This document shows positions 31,070 to 40,539 of a stretch of DNA of 61,125 bases, piece by piece. Location of the stretch: contig CAVPIW010000013.1 of NCBI GenBank assembly GCA_963705105.1, positions 1 through 61,125 on the forward strand, read 5' to 3'. Below the pieces are notes generated by a model. It was not told the origin of the DNA and searched no databases. It saw nothing but the letters and a program-made list of their open reading frames with translations. Source of the stretch: an uncultured Nitrospiraceae bacterium (GTDB lineage: Bacteria; Nitrospirota; Thermodesulfovibrionia; Thermodesulfovibrionales; Dissulfurispiraceae). The position numbers and the translations under genes are program-made. The stretch's first letter is position 1, and the number at the start of each line of letters is the position of its first letter.

Positions 31070-32065
31070 TCACTCCACGCGTTGTATGAACACCTCCCGC
31101 CGCGGCGGGCTGTATTCATAGGACGTGAGATTGCCGTTCTCATCGAGCACGGCGGTGAGTGAAAAAGGCATCCCGCCGTTTCTGAAGAGGTTGCGCCATG
31201 TCGTCTGCGTGCTGTGGAAGCGCAGGTCACCGAAGGTGATCCGCTTCCCCTCCGACGCGGAAGTCTCCTTCACCACGGGGTAGCGTGAAAACCAGGAGTA
31301 GGTTTTGAAAAAAGACGCCTTCCCGCCGAGCGCCTCCATGACACCCCTGTCCGCCTTCCTGAAATCCTCGAAGACCAGCGGCCTGCCGGGGTCGAAGAGG
31401 CGGACCTGCGCCAGCCTGTACGTCTGGCCGTCCTCGACAATGGCCTTCCAGACAAAGGGAGTCAGAAATTCGGGCGTGAGGTGCACCTTTTCATAGCCTA
31501 TCCCCTCCCGCGTGAGCCGGGACTCCAGGCGGTCCGTGACGGCGCCCCGGACCATGAGGTTTGCGAAGGGATAGGCAAGGGTCCAGGCAATCCCGAGAAC
31601 GGCGATGAGCCTCCGGTGCTTCCCGCTGATGAAAGAGGCCGCAAGGAAGACGATCATCGTGATTGTGAAGAGGGGATCGATGATGAAGACGCACTCGATG
31701 GTGTACCGCTCATTGTTCATGGGGAAGAAGACCTGCGTGCCATAGGCGGTGATGAGGTCGAGGAAGATGTGGCCGACGATGCCCCCGAAAGCGATGACAA
31801 AAAGGAGCCACAGGGGTCGTCTCCTGAAAAGCGCCCTGAAGGCGAGGGCAAGGGCCAGTGCCAGGGCCAGGCCGCCGAGGAGAGAATGCGTTATGCCGCG
31901 GTGGTGGATGAGGTAGAGCTCGGGGTTGCCCCTGCCCATGAAGTTGTCGATGTCCGGTATGAGGGCGGCAATGAGCGTGAAGAGAAGTATGGCGCGGCCC
32001 CCGAACCAGTGTCTGACAGCCTGTCCGCCGAGAAGCCCCGCAGCGGAGTGAGTGACGAGGTCCAT
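31070..32065 (-). CDS. membrane metal-dependent hydrolase (YdjM-like)
   Basis: MDLVTH, PDID, HRGITHS, HIFLDLITAYGT. Confidence 0.88.
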   Translation of the reverse strand: MDLVTHSAAGLLGGQAVRHWFGGRAILLFTLIAALIPDIDNFMGRGNPELYLIHHRGITHSLLGGLALALALALAFRALFRRRPLWLLFVIAFGGIVGHIFLDLITAYGTQVFFPMNNERYTIECVFIIDPLFTITMIVFLAASFISGKHRRLIAVLGIAWTLAYPFANLMVRGAVTDRLESRLTREGIGYEKVHLTPEFLTPFVWKAIVEDGQTYRLAQVRLFDPGRPLVFEDFRKADRGVMEALGGKASFFKTYSWFSRYPVVKETSASEGKRITFGDLRFHSTQTTWRNLFRNGGMPFSLTAVLDENGNLTSYEYSPPRREVFIQRVE

Positions 32066-32075
32066 TGGCGTATAC

Positions 32076-32921
32076 TTATCCGATGAGGCCGTTCCGGTAA
32101 TCGCGGAATGCCTGCTCGATCTCCCTCTGCGTGTTCATGACAAAGGGCCCTCCGCGGGCGATGGGCTCCCTGTTCGGGTGGGCGGCGAGGAAAAGAAACC
32201 GCGCGCCCTTTTCCCCGCCCCCGATCTGCACGGTCGTGCCTGCCGTGAACTCGACAAGCCGCCTTTCAGGCACCTCCGGGCTGCCCTCTCCGGGGCAGAC
32301 AAGGACCGACCCGGAATGGACATAACAGAAACTGTTCATGCCCGGTTCGAGATCGAAGCTGAAGACCGACCCCTTCCTGACTTCCGTGTCGAAATACTGC
32401 GTCCGCACCCAGTTTTCCGCGGTCCCCTGCGTCTCCCCGTATGACCCCGAGATGATCCGCACCTTCACGCCGTCATGTTCCACGACGGGCATCATCTCAG
32501 GCCCCAGGTGCTGGTAGCGGGGCTCCACCATCTTGTCCTTCGCCGGGAGGCTCAGCCAGAGCTGGTACCCGCAGGCCTCGCCTTCGACGGCCTCGGGCAT
32601 CTCGCTGTGGAGAATCCCCTTTCCCGCGGTCATCCACTGAACGCACCCGTCCGTCAGAAGCCCTCCTCCCCCCCTGGAATCCCTGTGCCTGAACCTGCCG
32701 TGGATCATATAGGTGATCGTCTCGATGCCGCGGTGAGGGTGGGTCGGGAAACCGGCGATATAATCGCGTGGGTCGTCGCTCCTGATCTCGTCGAGAAGCA
32801 CGAAGGGGTCGATGTGGCCGAGCCCCGCCGAGCCGATGATCCTGTTGATGCTCACGCCGGCCCCGTCGATGACGTCCTGTCCCTTGTGTATTTCCTTCAC
32901 TTCGCAGACGGTCTTGAACAT
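32076..32921 (-). CDS. pirin-family protein
   Basis: DPFVLLD, HPHRGIET, QWMTAGKGILHSE, GPFVMN. Confidence 0.95.
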   Translation of the reverse strand: MFKTVCEVKEIHKGQDVIDGAGVSINRIIGSAGLGHIDPFVLLDEIRSDDPRDYIAGFPTHPHRGIETITYMIHGRFRHRDSRGGGGLLTDGCVQWMTAGKGILHSEMPEAVEGEACGYQLWLSLPAKDKMVEPRYQHLGPEMMPVVEHDGVKVRIISGSYGETQGTAENWVRTQYFDTEVRKGSVFSFDLEPGMNSFCYVHSGSVLVCPGEGSPEVPERRLVEFTAGTTVQIGGGEKGARFLFLAAHPNREPIARGGPFVMNTQREIEQAFRDYRNGLIG

Positions 32922-33424
32922 GTGTCCCCCTTTGAAGAAGCATTGCGGCCGGCCCCCGTCAGTCCGCCACGGGCCTTCCTGCCGAGGCCGAGTTTCTTGC
33001 AGAGCCGGGCCAGTTCATCCTGCTCATCGCTGCTGAGCACGCTCATTTCTTCGGATATGCGCGCGGCGTGGTCCGGGAAGTATTCGCCGATCAACCGCCG
33101 TCCGCGGTCCGTCAGGTGGATTTCGAAGGCCCGGCGGTCTCCCGGCTTCTGCCGCCGCGTCACAAGACCCCTCTTCTGAAGGTTGTCGACGACCATGGTC
33201 AGGTTGCCGCTTGTCCTGAGTATCTTCTTTGCGATCTCTCCCTGCATGAGCGGACCCAGGTGGTAAAGCGCCTCCAGCACGCCGAACTGGCTGACTGTGA
33301 GATCCACTGCGGCCAGCCGGCGGTGAATGTATGCCGTGAGCGACTCCGCCACGCGCATGAGCTTCACATACGCACCGAGCGCCCTTGCCTGGTCCTTCGA
33401 ATATCTGCCGCTTTCCTTTTTCAT
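32897..33424 (-). CDS. MarR-family regulator
   Basis: LTVSQFGVLEALYHLGPL...SGNLTMVVDNL...DRR. Confidence 0.92.
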   Translation of the reverse strand: MKKESGRYSKDQARALGAYVKLMRVAESLTAYIHRRLAAVDLTVSQFGVLEALYHLGPLMQGEIAKKILRTSGNLTMVVDNLQKRGLVTRRQKPGDRRAFEIHLTDRGRRLIGEYFPDHAARISEEMSVLSSDEQDELARLCKKLGLGRKARGGLTGAGRNASSKGDTCSRPSAK

Positions 33425-33468
33425 TTTAACGTTATTTATTTTAATGTTAAACTATTTCAGCGCTCCTG

Positions 33469-33915
33469 TCAACTCCCCAGGGCCATCCTCACCGCCTCCG
33501 CCGCATCCTTCGCCATCACGATCCCCCTGATGTCCCAGGTGCCGATGCCGATGACGGGCTTGCCCATTTTGAGGCCGTAGGCTATCTCCGAAAGGGTGCC
33601 GTATTCGCCGCCGACGGCGATGAGGGCGTCGGCCGTCCTGGCGATGATGACGTTCCTTCCCTCGCCGAAGCCTGTGGCGACGGCAACGGTGATGTGGGGA
33701 TTCGCAGAGTCCCTGTTCGCCTGGGGCAGTATCCCGACGGTGATCCCTCCCTCTTCCCGTGCGCCCCGGGCCGCCGCCGCCATGACCCCGCCCAGTCCCC
33801 CGCAAACAAGTATGCAACCATTCCTTGCTATCTCCCGGCCGACCTCTTCAGCGACGGCAGCAAGCGACGCCGTCGCCTCCCCGGCCCCTATGACCGCTAT
33901 GACTTTTCCTTTCAT
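33469..33915 (-). CDS. TIGR00725 / LOG-like Rossmann-fold protein
   Basis: VCGGLGGVM, TVGILP, RNVII, GGEYGTLSEIA. Confidence 0.9.
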   Translation of the reverse strand: MKGKVIAVIGAGEATASLAAVAEEVGREIARNGCILVCGGLGGVMAAAARGAREEGGITVGILPQANRDSANPHITVAVATGFGEGRNVIIARTADALIAVGGEYGTLSEIAYGLKMGKPVIGIGTWDIRGIVMAKDAAEAVRMALGS

Positions 33916-34004
33916 ACGGACCCTCCCTATATGATCTGTCTTCGTTCTACGTTATCCTCAGTCGTCACACACGCCCGAAGGCGGGGCACATGCGCCACCG
34001 TAAA

Positions 34005-34072
34005 AGTCATCAAGTCATTAAGTCATTGAGTCAGTCATTGAGTCATTGAGTCATTGAGTCATTAAGTCACTG
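34005..34072. repeat. tandem 8-bp repeat (AGTCATTG/AGTCATTA), about 8 units
   Basis: Directly visible. Confidence 0.9.
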
Positions 34073-34260
34073 GGGGTCGACAGTCGGAACCCAGGGCGCA
34101 AACTCCCACGACGGGAAGGCTTATGTGGTGAAAAGCCTTTCCGCTAAGATACCTTGTTTATCACCAGACCACATTTTGCCGTATCTATTGATACCGAAAG
34201 TCCGCCAGCCAACAGAGACTGAACACTCTGAGATGAACGTATTCCATCATACGCTCAACC

Positions 34261-34540
34261 GAATGGCGGGGCAAAGCGCCGAAAAGCATCGGTGCTGCGA
34301 AACCGCTGCCGTCCCGTGGGGAGTTTGTAAGCACGACTGTTGATGATACATAAGGATGAAATCTTTAAAATCCAATAATAAACAATCATGCTCGCTATCA
34401 GCGAGGCTTTGAGGCGCTTTGCCCCGCCATTCTGCACATCTGCCAAAATGGCCCTCATCATCGCATTGGAAAGGCTTTGAACCATATCTGCCTTCCCGCC
34501 GGAACGGCTTTGAGGCGCTTCGCCACGCCTTTCCATGCAA
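34261..34540. mobile_element. divergent/composite relative of the hairpin MITE
   Basis: Perfect IR GAATGGCGGGGCAAAGCGCC (34261-34280 / 34413-34432) plus a second GGCTTTGAGGCGCTTCGCC...TGCAAC end. Confidence 0.6.
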
Positions 34541-34678
34541 CGGCGCGTCATTTCGAACGCCAACGGAATCGCACATTCTGACGACTGACAACGGACGACT
34601 GACGTTATGATTCCGGGACATGTTCCATTATAATAGTTGTGAAAGAGGTCATTCACGTGAAAAGGGAGGAGAACCATC

Positions 34679-35674
34679 ATGCAAGTCAGGGAAGACGTGA
34701 AGGAATTGAGAAAGCTCTGGGGAGGCTTCTGGCCGTCACGGGTGCTCATAACAGCCAATAACCTGGAGATCTTCGATCAGCTCAGGCAGGAACGGACGGC
34801 CGCCGAGGTTTCAAAGGCGCTGAAGACCGACCTCCGGGCGACGGAGATCATTCTCGACGCCCTGACGGGACTGGGCCTCCTCACGAAAACACATGACCGT
34901 TACATAAACAACGATACGGCAAAGAACTTCCTGACGAAAGACAGCCCCTACTACCAGGGAGACATCCTGCGCCATGCCGATGTGCTCTGGCAGAACTGGT
35001 CCGCCCTCGATGAATGCGTGAAGACGGGAAAACCCGCCCGCAAGGCGCAGAACCAGGGTTCCTTTATCCGGGGGATGCATAACCTGGCGGTCCTGAAGGC
35101 GGCCGACATCATCGATGCTGTCGGCATGGAAGGGGTGAAGACCGCCCTCGACCTGGGCGGCGGGCCGGGCACCTATGCCCTCGAAATGGCAAAAAGAGGC
35201 GTCAAGGTGACCCTCTTCGACACGCCGGAGACGATCGCGATCGCAAAGGGGATGATACAGGGCCCGGAAAAAAAGCAGATTCGCTTCATGAGCGGGGACT
35301 TTCTCGCTCACGACATCGGCTCGGATTACGATCTCGTCTTTCTGAGCCAGATACTCCATGCCTTCTCATCCGATGGCTGTCAGCAGATCCTGAAAAACGC
35401 CTTCGATGCCATCAGAACAAACGGCAGGATCGTCATCCAGGAATTCCCCGTGGACGAGTCGCGGACGCTGCCGCTCCAGGGCGCCCTCTTCGCCGTAAAC
35501 ATGCTCGTGAACACCGAAGGCGGGAGATGCTATGCGCCGTCAGAAATGAAAGCATGGCTCGAGCACACCGGCTTCACCGACGTCGAAGAGAGGATGTTCG
35601 AAGAGACGGTGCTCGTCTTCGGGACGAAAAGGGAAGCGGCAAAGCAGAAATCGGTCTGGGTGATGCACCGGTGA
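34679..35674 (+). CDS. SAM-dependent O-methyltransferase (dimerisation + methyltransferase domain)
   Basis: LDLGGGPGTY, GDF, SQILH. Confidence 0.9.
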   Translation: MQVREDVKELRKLWGGFWPSRVLITANNLEIFDQLRQERTAAEVSKALKTDLRATEIILDALTGLGLLTKTHDRYINNDTAKNFLTKDSPYYQGDILRHADVLWQNWSALDECVKTGKPARKAQNQGSFIRGMHNLAVLKAADIIDAVGMEGVKTALDLGGGPGTYALEMAKRGVKVTLFDTPETIAIAKGMIQGPEKKQIRFMSGDFLAHDIGSDYDLVFLSQILHAFSSDGCQQILKNAFDAIRTNGRIVIQEFPVDESRTLPLQGALFAVNMLVNTEGGRCYAPSEMKAWLEHTGFTDVEERMFEETVLVFGTKREAAKQKSVWVMHR

Positions 35675-35701
35675 CGGGGGACACGGCACCGGAGGACTCA
35701 T

Positions 35702-36367
35702 TCATGACGACGCGTTTTTCTTCAGCCACTTCGAGAGCCTGTCCGCCCGCCTGAGAGGCTCGGGATTTCTGTACCGGCCGCAGCAGGACAGTACGACGGA
35801 GACGGCACTCCCGGGATCGATCCGGTGACCGGGCGAGATGAAGAGTGGCTTCACCCCGTCTCTCGTGCGCAGCACGACGCCGACCGCCCTGTCCTCATAC
35901 ACGAGGGGAGACCAGCTTCCCCGAACCGCTCCCGGTTCCCGGTACTCGCCGACGAGCCGTGACTTGGCACAGCCGATGGAGGGTATGTCCAGGACAACGC
36001 CGATGTGCGACGCGAGGCCGATCCCCCTTGGGTGGGCGATGCCTTGTCCGTCGAGGAGAATGATATCGGGGCGCTCCGAAAGATTCCGGATCGCTTCGAC
36101 GATGGCCGGCCCTTCCCTGAAAGAAAGATATCCCGGCACATAGGGAAATGTTACTGTCGAGATGGCATGGGCGTCCTCGACGGGAGCGAGAGGGGAAAAT
36201 CGATAGAGACAGGCGACGGCGAAGACCTGACGGCCGTCGAAGGCCGCGTCGACGCCGGCGATGAGCGAGGGCACCCCGTCCGGAGGCCCCATGACGATCC
36301 GCTCCCGGAGCCTCTCCTGGATCTGCCTCGCCGCCTTCGTATCGGAGGGCCACAAGAAATCGTCCAC
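35702..36367 (-). CDS. nfi: endonuclease V (deoxyinosine 3' endonuclease)
   Basis: AGVD, FPYVPGYLSFRE, DGQGIAHPR, IGCAKS, SPGH; true start GTG 36367 behind AGGAGG. Confidence 0.95.
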   Translation of the reverse strand: MDDFLWPSDTKAARQIQERLRERIVMGPPDGVPSLIAGVDAAFDGRQVFAVACLYRFSPLAPVEDAHAISTVTFPYVPGYLSFREGPAIVEAIRNLSERPDIILLDGQGIAHPRGIGLASHIGVVLDIPSIGCAKSRLVGEYREPGAVRGSWSPLVYEDRAVGVVLRTRDGVKPLFISPGHRIDPGSAVSVVLSCCGRYRNPEPLRRADRLSKWLKKNASS

Positions 36368-36384
36368 AGCGCCTCCTGCGCTTA

Positions 36385-36595
36385 CCTTGTCGCTGCATGA
36401 CAAGGCGGGGCGAAGCGCCTCAAAGCCTTGCTGAAGGCGACGATGAGCCTCGTCAGGTTTGTCTTTAAGGATGCCACTCTTTGTGTGATCGACCATTGTT
36501 TTGAAAGATATCTGTTGCGGCGGTTAAGGTGTCGCCGCATCAAGGTCTTCGGCGCATACACCCCGCCTTCCAGGACAGGTGTGGAACGAGAAGGG
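36385..36595 (+). mobile_element. hairpin MITE, copy 3
   Basis: Homologous to copy 1; TTA on both sides. Confidence 0.85.
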
Positions 36596-36784
36596 TTACC
36601 TTTCCTGGCCGCTCAGAATCCGGTCCCGCCTTGCACAGACGGCGCATTCCTCTTCATCGGCCGAACCGTCTTCCCAGCGGGTGAGCTTGATGCTCGAGTT
36701 CCAGCAGACCGGGCAGAGGATGAAGTACGACTCCCCGAATCCCCTCACCTCGCTGAAACGCAGTGTCGCGTGATCAGTGAACAT
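36596..36784 (-). CDS. small hypothetical protein with two CxxC motifs
   Basis: CPVC...CAVC; its TAA stop is the MITE target site. Confidence 0.35.
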   Translation of the reverse strand: MFTDHATLRFSEVRGFGESYFILCPVCWNSSIKLTRWEDGSADEEECAVCARRDRILSGQER

Positions 36785-36863
36785 ATACTATTTTACCACG
36801 CCCGGCAAAATAGCCTGTTCCTATGGAGGTCGATGATAAGCCGACATGTCTTGTTCTGTATTT

Positions 36864-36921
36864 GTCATCCCGGCTCGTCCGGGATCCTTCTTAAAAAAGA
36901 TTCGCGACAAGCGGGAATGAC
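36864..36921. repeat. REP-like palindromic element
   Basis: GTCATCCCG...CGGGAATGAC. Confidence 0.6.
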
Positions 36922-37021
36922 GTGGATGTGGTTTTACGTACATATTTGTTAGCGATAGCTTTCCAATTGCATGACAAGGCGGGACAATGGGGCGTGTGCG
37001 ACGATAGGGTATACTAAAAGT

Positions 37022-38080
37022 ATGAACGCCATTGAATCACTGATCGAGACGGTCAAACACAATTGCGACATCTCCGATGCGCGGCACTGGGGCTTTTTCT
37101 CGATCTGCGGACTCCTCATGCGCTACCGCGACCTGTTCCGGTCCGAGCGGGGCCTCTCTCCCTGGGAGCCGATCGACCGTGCCGAGATCTCCGAGTGGAT
37201 CCAGCGCAAGGAACTGCGATGGGAGACATTGGAAGAGGCGGACTTCAACGATCTCGTCATCGGTGATATGCGGACCGACCCCTTCGATGCCTTTTCCGTC
37301 AACAGCCGGCTCCGTTCGGAGGGTCTGGTCTACGGCGCCGGATACGGTCTCTACATGAAACCGAGTTTCTTTCTTGCCCGTCTCACCGGCAGCAGGGAAG
37401 TCTATGATTACACAGTCTGCTATGCCGGCAGGGAGATCGCCAGGGACATCTTTGCATCGCCGGGTATGCTCCAGGGCCGGTGCATCTTCATCAGGACGGA
37501 GCCCCTGAGGACACTCCTGTGGGAGAAGTTCACCGAGTGCGGCGCCAGGAAAGAGTCATGCACGGTCAATCCCTTCTCATCCTACGGTTTTGAAGGCCCC
37601 GGGCCGGGGATGGCAGGATTTGCCGAACGTTTTGACGGTGTCGTTCAGGACTATGCGGACATCGTCCTTCATCACGAAGTCGGAGAGGCAATTGAGGATG
37701 TGCCTGAATGGGGCGATATCCTTGTGAGCACCAAAGACAGGGGTGCCGAATATTTCCTCAGGGCCGTCAAGGACCTCATCGCCGACACCTCTGCTTACGG
37801 ACCCTTGGGCAGAATAATCACGGACCGGAACAGCAGGGTACTCGGACTCTTTGTGTCATTTGTCGAACGGTATCGCCTCCAGCTTTTCCCGGAAATCCGC
37901 AATGCCTACGAGGGTTTCATGCAGGACCGGGACTGGTCCCGTCTGGAGATGACGAGGGTCAGAGGATACGAACGCTTTACGGTACTCAGGCAAGAGATCC
38001 TCGGGGCATACCGGTCAACAGGCCCGGGAGAGCACATGATCGGGCGGATCGGCGAATTGCGCCGTCAATTCGGTCTGTGA
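37022..38080 (+). CDS. Sfum_1244-like conserved protein
   Basis: NCDISDA..GFFSICGLLMRYRD, YGAGYG..KPSFF, HHEVGE. Confidence 0.7.
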   Translation: MNAIESLIETVKHNCDISDARHWGFFSICGLLMRYRDLFRSERGLSPWEPIDRAEISEWIQRKELRWETLEEADFNDLVIGDMRTDPFDAFSVNSRLRSEGLVYGAGYGLYMKPSFFLARLTGSREVYDYTVCYAGREIARDIFASPGMLQGRCIFIRTEPLRTLLWEKFTECGARKESCTVNPFSSYGFEGPGPGMAGFAERFDGVVQDYADIVLHHEVGEAIEDVPEWGDILVSTKDRGAEYFLRAVKDLIADTSAYGPLGRIITDRNSRVLGLFVSFVERYRLQLFPEIRNAYEGFMQDRDWSRLEMTRVRGYERFTVLRQEILGAYRSTGPGEHMIGRIGELRRQFGL

Positions 38081-38088
38081 AATGATCA

Positions 38089-38299
38089 CCTCACACGTGC
38101 ATGAAAAGGCGGGGCGAAGCGCCTCAAAGCCTTGGTGAATGCGACGATGAGCATTGCCAGGTTCGTCTTCAGGAGTACGCTCTGTGCGTGCTCGACCATC
38201 GGCCTAAAACGTCGTCTTCTGTGACGGTTAAGGTGTCGCCGCACCAAGGTTTTCGGCGCATACACCCCGCCTTTCCGGGAAGCGTATGCAACGATAAGG
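38089..38299 (+). mobile_element. hairpin MITE, copy 4
   Basis: Homologous to copy 1, ends TGCAACGATAAGG. Confidence 0.85.
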
Positions 38300-38326
38300 T
38301 GAAATTTCGTGACAAGGGAGGTCACA

Positions 38327-38887
38327 ATGGGAGCGAAGGAACTTTTTGAGGAGGCCCAGTTTCTGTTCATTGAGGGGAAGGATAAGGAGAGCGTCGACGT
38401 CTTCACCAAGGCCGTCGAGGCCGGCGCTGATCCGTTTATGTGTTATCTGAGCAGGGGGACTGCCTATCTCAGGCTGAAGGACACGGCGAGCGCCATGGCG
38501 GATTTCGACAAGGCGATCGGCCTCAACAGCCGGAACGCGAGGGCTTACTACTACCGGGGCATGATCCACATGATCAGGGATGAACACGACAAGGCCGTCG
38601 AAGACTTCAGCAAGGCCCTGGAACTGAAACCGGGCTATCCGACGGCAAAATTCGCCCGTGCCACTTCATATGCGCGGCTTGAAAAATTCGATGACGCTGC
38701 AAGCGATCTGAGGGCTGTCATGCCGGAAATGGAGGCGAATATTCAGGGTTTTGTCGACGCCCACGGTATTGTGCGGACGGAGATGTGGAAGGTCATGGCC
38801 CAGCTTACGGGTGAGAGGCGGCAGGACGCGCTGGAACTTTCGGATGATGAGATGAAGACCCTGCAGAAATGGCTCGCCGAAGACTGA
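38327..38887 (+). CDS. TPR-repeat protein
   Basis: AMADFDKAIGLN, AYYYRG, AVEDFSKALELKP. Confidence 0.88.
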   Translation: MGAKELFEEAQFLFIEGKDKESVDVFTKAVEAGADPFMCYLSRGTAYLRLKDTASAMADFDKAIGLNSRNARAYYYRGMIHMIRDEHDKAVEDFSKALELKPGYPTAKFARATSYARLEKFDDAASDLRAVMPEMEANIQGFVDAHGIVRTEMWKVMAQLTGERRQDALELSDDEMKTLQKWLAED

Positions 38888-38897
38888 TGGAATAGAA

Positions 38898-40136
38898 TCA
38901 GCGTGAGGCGAGGCGGTTGACGACGAACCTTCCCTCTTTCATGATGACGTCCATATGTTTGCCGTCATTCTGGAGCAGGCCGAGGTCGTCCAGGGGATTG
39001 CCGTCGATGACGAGCAGGTCGGCAAGGGCGCCGGGAGTGATGACGCCGATCTTTCCGGTCATATTGAAGAGGTCGGCGCAGACCGTCGTTGCGCAGCGTA
39101 TGACGTCGGCAGCGGGCATGATTTCCCTTCTGAGGCTGAACTCGAGAGACTGGTAACGGTGGAAAGACCCGTAGAGGTCGGTTCCATAGGCGATGGAAAC
39201 CCCTGACCGGCAGGCCGATTCAAGGGAGCGCAATGACATCTCCCGCAGGTTGCCCACTTTCGTGGCGGCCCCGGCAGGCATCTCGCCCTTTCCCGCCTCG
39301 CGTGTTATCACCTCATAGACGGAAAGGGTGGGAACGAGAAAAGCCTTCTTCTTCTTGAGCACCTTCAGAGTTTCGTCTTCAATGAGGTTTCCGTGCTCGA
39401 TGGACCGGACGCCGCACTCGAGGGCGCGCCGTATGGACCGGTCGTTGTAGGCATGGGCCATCACATAGGTGTTCGCCGCCTCGGCCTCTTCAACAATCGC
39501 CCGCATCTCATCGAGAGAGAACTGGGTGTTTTCGACGGGGTCCGTCGGCGAGGCGACGCCTCCTGACGCCATGACCTTGATCTGGTGCGCACCCTTCCTC
39601 AACTCGTCGCGGGCGGCCCTGCGGACCTCTGTGACGCCGTCGCAGATCCTGCCGAGGGTGCCGAGGGGAGGATTCAAGGGATAGATCCTGTCCTCACCGC
39701 CGCTTCTCATGTCGCCGTGACCGCCGGTCTGGGAAAGGGCATGGCCGCTGTATAGAATGCGGGGGCCTTCGCACAACCCTTCCCGCACAGCCTCGGCCAG
39801 TCCCCAGTCCGCCCCGCCCGCGTCCCTGACCGTCGTAAACCCTCGCATGATCATCCCCCGGAGCACCTTTGAAGCGCTGATCGTGATGTACGAGGGCGCC
39901 ATCCGCTCCAGGCGGACAAAATCGGGGGCTACGGCTGTCACATGGACATGGGCGTCGCAGAGCCCCGGCATGAGCGTCTTTCCTGCAAGGTCGAAGGAGA
40001 TTGCGGAGGCAGGGGCCTTCAGCGGGCTGTCACTGACTTCCCTGATGATGCCATCCTCAATAAGGACATGGCGGTCAGGCAGCACAACGCCGGCGGCGGT
40101 GTCGAGAAGGCTGCAGTTATTGAAGAGGATAAGCAT
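38898..40136 (-). CDS. metal-dependent amidohydrolase (prolidase-like)
   Basis: [33 protein letters not shown]; start reassigned to ATG 40136. Confidence 0.92.
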   Translation of the reverse strand: MLILFNNCSLLDTAAGVVLPDRHVLIEDGIIREVSDSPLKAPASAISFDLAGKTLMPGLCDAHVHVTAVAPDFVRLERMAPSYITISASKVLRGMIMRGFTTVRDAGGADWGLAEAVREGLCEGPRILYSGHALSQTGGHGDMRSGGEDRIYPLNPPLGTLGRICDGVTEVRRAARDELRKGAHQIKVMASGGVASPTDPVENTQFSLDEMRAIVEEAEAANTYVMAHAYNDRSIRRALECGVRSIEHGNLIEDETLKVLKKKKAFLVPTLSVYEVITREAGKGEMPAGAATKVGNLREMSLRSLESACRSGVSIAYGTDLYGSFHRYQSLEFSLRREIMPAADVIRCATTVCADLFNMTGKIGVITPGALADLLVIDGNPLDDLGLLQNDGKHMDVIMKEGRFVVNRLASR

Positions 40137-40157
40137 GGCGTCCAGGGGATTGAATAA

Positions 40158-40237
<80 letters not shown>

Positions 40238-40326
40238 TAGCTATAATACCATAAATCATCATCACAGGTGCATGTGCCCGGCAGTTGCATGAAAAGGAGG
40301 AGAGAAGTGCCGTGACCCGCTTCTTA

Positions 40327-40538
40327 CCTTATCGTTGCAACACACTCCCGGGAAAGGCGGGGTGTATGCGCCGAAAACCTTGGTGCGGCGACACCTGTAT
40401 CGAAAGGGCAGACGAACTACACGCCAATGGTCGATGACACAAACAGTGGAATCCTGAAACACGAAGCTGACGAGGCGTATCGTCGCCTTCAGCAAGGCTT
40501 TGAGGCGCTTCGCCCCGCCTTTTTATCCAACTGCAATG
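40327..40538 (-). mobile_element. hairpin MITE, copy 5
   Basis: Reverse-complement homolog of copies 1 and 6, abutting the kinase stop codon. Confidence 0.85.
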
Positions 40539-40539
40539 T

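Noticed and set aside
34075..34225. c-di-GMP, ZTP, cobalamin or glmS riboswitch
   Set aside because: Only scattered short matches; conserved cores could not be aligned
36368..36496. N-terminal extension of endonuclease V in the ORF track
   Set aside because: Derived from the MITE; a GTG with a strong RBS at 36367 is the better start
38086..38409. Recurring small ORFs containing KVFGAYTPPF or EAPQSL (also 198-590 tail, 36428-36952, 40262-40495)
   Set aside because: Translations of the MITE sequence, not a protein family
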